A DNA stretch of 61,090 bases, counting the filler, from Dugesia japonica (lineage: Eukaryota): NCBI GenBank assembly GCA_001938525.1. It is 5 parts of 5 records of this genome, joined end to end, with 100 filler letters (N's around TTAATTAATTAA, not from the genome) between each part and the next. Parts side by side here need not be neighbours in the genome. Positions count along the whole stretch, not along the records: positions 52,434 to 61,090 come from MQRL01573783.1; 4 more parts are not named here. The stretch is one strand, 5' to 3'. The translations under genes were made by a program, and so were the position numbers. Below the pieces are notes generated by a model that did not search any database, was not told the DNA's origin, and saw nothing but the letters and a program-made list of their open reading frames with translations. This document shows positions 53,011 to 61,090 of the stretch, piece by piece; the first letter of the stretch is position 1, and each line of letters begins with the position of its first letter.

Positions 53011-53849
53011 TCAAATATATAGGGATGTCTAGAAAACTAAATGTATAGAAATATCACTATAAATGGAATTCTAAAATTATTATAACAAATTATAACTTAA
53101 ATTTGAAAGTGTGGAATAAATAGAATATTAATTGTATACTGTTAGGGAAATAAAAATGGAATACATTGATAAATGTATAAATTATTTGTGAATAATGAAA
53201 TCTGTGAATGAAAAACTTTGTTAATTATTTATTTCTTATCATAATAATTTTAAAATACATTAATTCCATTTGCAATGATACTTGTATGCATCTACTTTAA
53301 CACGGCNATTTTTTCTGGGTACCCCTTTGTATAAAAGATGTTTATAATATTTTATTATAAATATTTTATTTTATATTTTACATACTCAACATAATTTAAG
53401 TTTTTATTATTGTTTTATTTATTATTTCAATTGCATTTTATTTTATTATGTGTATTTATGAAAAACTTTGCGCTTGATCGTGTACTAAATTACTATAAAT
53501 TTGAGAGAAATACCTGATGTTATTAATATTATTTCACCAATTATTTTCAATACTCCCATTCCATCCAAATTAAACCAAAATAAGTTAGATTACTATTGTG
53601 TAAATTTCATTATGTGTTCATGTTACATTTTTGTAACAAAACGGGAATATATGTAGTTCTATTGATAAATTTTACCATTGTTTTCTTTTTGTTTTTGTTT
53701 TATTATTATTGTTTAATTTTATAAATCTTTTGAAAATTAAATTTAGACTATATAAATACTTTNNTTATTTACTTTGAAATTTTTAAAAAGATAATTTTAT
53801 AAATATTTTCATAATTATATTAAATATTTAAAATATTACTTATTAGAAG

Positions 53850-54810
53850 GCATAGCATGCAGTTTTCAAATAATATGAATGGCAATAGAATTTTGATTTA
53901 TTTGAGTTTTGAATACTTATATTTTTGCTTTACATAATGGAATGTTAACACGTAGATGCAAACAAAGTCGTTCTTCAAAGTGTCATGAAATTATGAAGAC
54001 AAAAGATGAAGAAAAAGTATAACAACCAACCGAATATTGCTATGATTCCTGTCCTCACAAAGCATAAGCAAATAATGCCAGAAACAAAATGAAGAAATAT
54101 ATGGAAGTAGTTTCGGCTACTCCTCGAAATATAATGATATTTATTTTGTCAGAATTAAGCAATGGTGTACTGGTTCATATGCGCAAGCAATTATCACTAG
54201 CCAGAAATTTATGGTGATAAATAACTCTCGCTTCGATTAAATAAAAACACAATTTTTGGAAATGATAGTTTTGATAAAGTTCTGAATGTTTTACCAACTA
54301 TATACATGGCACGTTAAGATAAGGAACTCATACCCACCATGTATATAAGTTTTGTTACAGAAAAAACATGGACACTTATAATAGAATATTTGAAATCATG
54401 AAGCCATGGGTTCCAAATCTACTGCCACAGAAAATCTTAGTAGAATTTAAGAAGGCTAGCATGAATGTAGCATGAATCGACTTTCCGCAAGCTGAAATAA
54501 AAGGATGTTATTTTCACCTCTACCAGAGTCTAATCAGAAAAGTAAGCAACGTTGAATTAAGATCAGATTTTAAAACTGATATTAATGTAAAACTTAAATT
54601 AAAGTCTCTTACTGCATTTACTTTTGCCCAAATACATAATGTGATGAATGTTTCTGACGAACTTATTGAATCATTTCCAAACGAAAGTTGCTATAATGAG
54701 ATGCTCACTTACTTTTTTTCAGCATACATTGAAGATGCAGTGGATAGAGATCACCAATTTCCAATAAAAATATGGAATCATTATGATACAGCTCTTCTGA
54801 CTACGAATTA
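53850..54810 (+). mobile_element. Mutator-like (MULE) transposase pseudogene
   Basis: FLYWCH-like RRCKQSRSSKC; KILVEFKKASMN..FPQAEIKGCYFHLYQS (DFE and GCxFH motifs); YFFSAYI...FPIKIWNHY. Confidence 0.85.
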
Positions 54811-55379
54811 CGTTTTTATTAAATAAACATTACAATTCGTAGTGTTATTATTTTATTAAAATTTATGTTTTTTTTACAAAAAAAGCATGCATATAAATAT
54901 TTATGTGCATGTGTTTTTTTATATAATAATAAAATTATATATAAAAAGTCAATAAAAAATATTGACAGAATAGAAATTGAAATTAAACATTTGGATTTAA
55001 AATTAATATACTTGGCAAACATCAACAAAGATAAAAATGATAGTAAGAGGAAACTGAACTAAAGAGAAGATTCAAATTTTAAAAATCCATGTATCAACAG
55101 CAATCGCCAATAAAGAAAAAAATCGAAACAAAAAATCAAAAAGTTGATTACTCGGCAACCGTTTATAGATTGTTGTATATTGAAATCCTGCACCGAATCT
55201 ATTTCTAGAAAAATATTGGAACTATACTTAACAAGTACATTATATTTTAATTGCGATTAAATAAAATTCGTTACTTAAGTTTTGTTGATTATTTATTTTT
55301 GATGTTTTTATTATAATTTGTTTAAGGGTGTAAACTTTTTTACAATAAATCTATCCCCACATAAATTCAAACAACATTC

Positions 55380-55625
55380 ACCCCAAGTGTCCCTACACAG
55401 ACAAATTTTCTTTCTTTCACAATCAAAATTAATAAATAAAATAACAATAGGCAAAAGTAAAAGAAGCATGAATATAATTTAATTGAACAGTTATAGAATA
55501 AGCCACCCACGTTATTAATACCCAGGCCCTTATAGATTGATCAAAGTTGACAAAAACGTAGCAACATTAATCATCGATCAAAAAGAAGTAAAAATAAAAC
55601 TCAGAAGAAATAAACCATATCACAT
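55380..55625 (+). mobile_element. Gypsy integrase C-terminal GPY/F fragment
   Basis: YPGPYRLIKVDKNVATL...KPY. Confidence 0.5.
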
Positions 55626-56599
55626 ACCAATAGGAAACAAACATGTAACATTCAACACGCAAAATCAAATAAAATTCTCAAATGCAATCAAATTCACAAA
55701 AACACACGGATAATACAAACAAATAACAAACATAAACAAACATATTGTAATGCAAAGGATTTTATTTTTGAGTTCTGGCATGTAAACGTTTTATATATTT
55801 TACGTCAGATATCTTCTTTTGTACAAAGTATTAAAAATGTAAAGAACGTCCAGATGTAAATAGTTGATCATATTTATTCTTAAATCGTTGAATAAACCTC
55901 CGCTCTTAAAGGAAGAAGTTTTATGTAGTGATAGTGTTTTTATTAAAATTATTTTTCTTTACAAAAGTGCATGTCCGTGTATGTTTATTTTATAATATAG
56001 GAATATATTATATATAATATAAAGTTTCAATAAAGATTATTGACACAAATAAAATGTCAAAAAAAAAGAATATCTTGGCAACCACCGAAAATTAAAGAGT
56101 GGGAAATATATTTTTACAAAATAGAAGATACGATTATTTAAATAAAAATCTGCTGAAACGGAAATACGGAATAATTTATCCTGAATTTTGTAAATAATAT
56201 AAAAAATTGGTTGGATAAATATAAAAAGTCCAATCGTCAAAACAAAGAATCCATTAAACAGATTTCAATCCCGAAAAGATTTTTATTCTGCTATACAAGT
56301 AAACAATTATTTGTTTCTAATAGAATTTGTTAGTTGAACGTGTTATCATTTTTATTATTTATTTTATAAGAATATCTGTATTTGATAATATTTAATAACA
56401 TTCTAAACATATATAGTTTGCATAACATCCACCCCAAGTGGTTCTAACCAAACACATTTTTAGTGACTCTCTTGGAGTCTACAAGTTCTTCTTTTATAGA
56501 TAAAGTAATTAAGTAAAAAATAAATAGAAATTAAAATAATCTAGAAGAAAATAATATAGAGAATAAGATAGAAAAAACTGCGGATATTTTGAAAGCCTC

Positions 56600-57005
56600 T
56601 AATACGAATAACTCATAAATATGTAATAATTACTCATACGATTGAATTAGACTACAAATTGCTGGTAAGGATTTCAAAATGCACTCAATTTCTTATTTCA
56701 CTGCAGTCATCCTAGCGTTTGGATTCTATTCGATGGATTTCAGATGGAATGATTTATATATCGCAGGACATTCTCGTCCATATTTAATCATCATTTTGGC
56801 ACCATCGTTAGTAGATGAAACTACATCTTTTCCAAAATTAATATTGAAAGTATTTAGATGGTTTGTTACCAATTCAACTAAAGCGGAAGCATAACATGAT
56901 TCATATATTATAATTAAGCCAAGTTTAAAAGTTTTGAATTCATTATCATGTAAGTTAATGTTTACAAACCGTTTCATAGCAACACTAGTCCATTCGTCTA
57001 AAGTT
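56600..57005 (-). mobile_element. hAT transposase catalytic-domain fragment
   Basis: LDEWTSVAMKRFVNINLH...LGL...VVSSTNDGAKMMIKYG. Confidence 0.85.
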
Positions 57006-60000
57006 TTGCGGCCCAGTTAAATATTTAAGTTTNCAATGCGGCCCATTAAATTAAAAGGTTGGGCCTCCCTCTAGATTCTATAGCTTACATGGTATCATAC
57101 AAAATGAATACCTCATGTTCTAACAGAAAGCCGCAAAGCTGTTTGTGTTGATCATTTTTACGAACTTATCGAATTATTCAAAACAAGATTTTATTGAAAT
57201 AATGAAGAAAATCGTCAAGGCGATGACTGGTGTGTATATCTACCAACTATTTGCTTATCGTTGAATTGCTGCATTATTTATTAATGTTCTCTAATAAAGC
57301 CCGAGCTCAAATAATATCATACTTTTAGTTCCAAAGAAAGTCATGATATTATCGGTAAACTCGCTTATTGCCATGTTTCATGATAATAAGCATTACTTAA
57401 TTTTATTAAAGGACACAACTTACTGAATGTTTAACAATAAATGTATGACTATCTCTTACATGGACATAACAATAGAATGCTACAGTTAACTTATGAAACC
57501 ATTTTGTAAGTGTCGACTAATGTATTTTTGCTGCATTATTCAAAATCACACAATGTATTTGGCTATCCAATTGGTTGTAGTGTTTCCGATCTTGTATGCC
57601 ACTATTAGACAAATGCCTTTGAAGATTCCACAAGGACTCCAAAAGTTTAGAAAAGTTTAGTGAAACAGTTTCAGAATCATCAAATTTACTGAATATATTA
57701 ACTATCTAGCTTTCTTTAGTATGATGCTTCTAACAATCCTTTTTTAACTTAATGGTTCAGTACATTTTAAACCTTGGTCAACATCAAGAAGGTATTTAAC
57801 ATTGAAGCAACGTCCATTTGCATTAAAGTACGTGAGGTCATATGCTGAAACTTTCGTATTGCTCGTACATGAAATATATATTTTAATGTGATAATTTTTT
57901 TCGATGTCACCTATAATGTTCGAATTTTTGGATTTTAAACAAAACTTCTTCGGAATATAAATAGAATACATCCTAAACAATTTACTCAAAGATATTTAAA
58001 CAAATTTAGAAATATATTAATATTATTTATTTATTTCAACCACATTGTACAACATGAATATTTAATTTGATTAAATAAAGTGAAGAAAACGACACTAAGT
58101 TTATTAATTAAAACAAATTAACTAAATAATTTACGCAAAAACTGAACGCACATCATTAAGTTGATAGTTTTTAAAAATTTTTAAATTGAAGAATTTAAAG
58201 AAGATATTAAATTTGTTTTTTCTAATTTTGGATTCAAATAAATTTGAATATAGATACACTTAATGATTTTGATTCAGATACTCAAGAGCCAGTGTTTCAC
58301 TTAACATGCATTTTTCACACTTTACCGTAAATTTAAAATCTTTATTTAGAAATTTTTTTATATCTTATGAAAATCTGAAGTAGAATTGTATTGATTAATG
58401 TTCAACTATGTGCATAAATAACTAAAATATTCTTCGATAATTTCGATTTTATAAATTTCATTTCGTAATTTAAACTTCAATTAATGTTTACAAAATATAT
58501 AATAATCTAGAAATATATAACAAAATTGTATTTGAATTTCTTTAATATCAGCAAGCAAGTGTTCTTAACGCACCAGTTGTTTCAAAATAATATCAGCATA
58601 TTTAGTCGATGTAGACAAGTTCCTGAGAATTTTTTTCAATTTTTCAATTGATCTTTGGCGCATTTATTAATTATTCTGCAAATTAATTACTTTACGAATA
58701 TAAAAAATTTATTAAATAGTTATTATACATTTTAGTTATTGTATAAATATCTTAGAAAACATTGTTGCCCTCCGTGCTGGTATTATATTTGCTTGTATAC
58801 ATAACTCTGGTAGCCAATAAACAAATTCAAATGTTTAAGTAAATATAACATACAAATATATGTACTTAATTTTAATTAATTAATTATTATTAATAAAGAT
58901 TTTTTAAATTATGAATATTCGATTCATAAAATATTCGATTTTAAAAAAATTTAGAAATCCAAAAAACTGAAATATGAATTAAAAATAACACTTTAAACTC
59001 CTAAGTTTAATTTCATAAACAATTTATAATTAAACATGCCACATATAGGGTTAAAATTTGCAAGACTGAATTTTATTTATTATATTTTTGTTGGTCATGC
59101 AACTTATAAAAATTGGCTAAATTAAGAATGAATTTATTCATTGAAGTAAATTTATAAATTTCAAAATTCATCAAAGGAAATATAACTTCTNNNNNNNNNN
59201 NNNNNNNNNNNNNNGCAACATGATAAAAATTCAAAACGTTAATAAAATTAATTTTTAATCAATTAATTAAATTTAATTAACTTATTAAAATGATCCAAAT
59301 GAATGGATTCTGACTTAATCAAAATTCAAATAATTTTACCTTCATTAAATAATCATACCTTCATATTGCGGTACACTATATCAGTTTCGAGATCTTAATT
59401 AAAATAAAATTTTACAATACAATATTGCTCAGAACAACTAGTCCAAAATTTGTGAAAACTAAATAATCAAAATTTGTTAAGTGAACAACAATTTATTAAT
59501 AAAATAAATTAGAAAGTTTTTCTAATGAAGAAAATTATTTAATTGATGATTATTATTTTTATAATTAATTCCTAAAATGCTTTTCCATTGTTATTACCTT
59601 GTTATATTCATGGTAATGTTCACATTTTAAAAATAATTTGCCCGAAAATAATTGTAAATAATTAAGTTAAATTAACTAAGGTAATTTTATTGAATTTTTG
59701 TTGAAATTATACTAAGAATATCTGATTCACTGAAATAAGAAACAAACGAAAAGAATTTCCATTGCTCTATTACTACTTATATTTTCAATAATTTCCGAAA
59801 ATATTCAAATATACATGGCGAACATTATAAAATCAAAATTTTACATTATTATAATATTCTGTTAAAACAAAACATTTTTAAAACTTTACTTCGATAATCT
59901 TTAAATCAAATTAAATTAATTAAAAAACAGATTTTTTTTAAAAAGTAAAAAAAGTAAAGAAAATCAATTCATATTAATTTGAACAATAACTGAAAAATCA

Positions 60001-61090
60001 ATTTCATACGAGAACTTTAATTAAAATTCATTAAAGCTTATTTATATAATTTATAAAAAAATAAATTCTATTAAAAAAACTGATTTACTCAACCATGAAG
60101 AATAGCCGCAATTGTTAACTGTTTTATTGCACAAAGAAAATTATGGTAATTTATGTAAATTTCATAATAAATGACTTTTAGAAATATAGTTTTCCTAAGT
60201 TATGATAAATATTGATTTTTTATTGATAGATTTAATTGGAAAAATACTGAAATGCATAATATATAATTTAAAATTCAAAAATATTGAACTCTAATTATTG
60301 ATATTAGATAGAATTTATAAAATTATTTCATTTATTGTTTTCATTAATTTCTAAATATAAAATAATTTTTTGAATATTATTCTAAGCAAGTTGAAAACAA
60401 TTTACACAAATTCTTAAGTTTTGAAGAAAAGGCAAAGAATGCAATAAAATTAAAATTTCATGTCGTTTGAAACGCATATAAGCTCATATAATTTTTCAAT
60501 TTGAAATATAAATAAAATTAAAATATAATACAGTATAAAAATTATAGCGTTTCCAATTTATTGATTAAATGTAGTAAAATGCTTAATTTGTACATTAATA
60601 ATTAACTGATAACATCAAATAATTTCCTTACGTTAAATGGTACCACCTAAATAAATAATATTGCTTTCAATTTTTGATCTTTAAGAAATTTATAAAAGCT
60701 TGAAATAATGTGTTGACTGAAAATATAATTAATTCGATAAAGGCGGCTGGACTTTCAGATAATTATAAAGATAATCTAATACATGACATTTGTGGTTCTA
60801 GATTTTCTGAGCATGGTGTAAAAATAAGGGGGAATGCTACAATGATAATGGAAGTCGCGATCGGTTAAAAAATGATTTATATGTAATAATTCATCAATAA
60901 ATTCTGATGTCTTTTTAAAATTACACATTATTTTTAAAATAAAACATAAAAAAGTACCACCCATTAAATAATATTACTAATTTTTAGTAATTTTACAATT
61001 GCAATTATTGAGAGAATAATTGTTGGACATAACCATTTATCGCTTTTTAGAATTCATTTAAAATAAAAGCTTCGATCAAAAATTTTTTTT

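Overview
This is an AT-rich, gapped eukaryotic draft-genome window from an invertebrate. The composition, (AAT)n tracts and transposon spectrum fit a triclad flatworm, but that assignment is inference. Two intact host genes are supported, both on the + strand. One is a three-exon CAF1/CNOT7-8 family DEDDh deadenylase, join(18072..18793,28015..28273,31305..31655), 443 aa. The other is a single-exon ELAV/Hu-like protein with three RRMs (33915..35231). The rest is mostly decayed mobile DNA: Penelope-like RT and GIY-YIG fragments, Ty3/Gypsy pol pieces and LTRs, mariner, Tc1/IS630-like, pogo/Tigger, hAT and MULE transposases, Maverick/Polinton viral genes (minor capsid, adenain protease, packaging ATPase), MITEs and minisatellites. 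There is also a degenerate 18S rRNA fragment. The CAF1 introns hold resolvable nested insertions. The most unusual item is a ~3.4 kb solo-LTR-like element (22375..25754) carrying several antisense ORF cassettes, each preceded by a splice-acceptor-like signal; a similar element lies at ~6678..8900. Four artificial N44-TTAATTAATTAA-N44 spacers mean that physical linkage across them is unproven. All family assignments are from motifs recognised by eye; no database searches were run.
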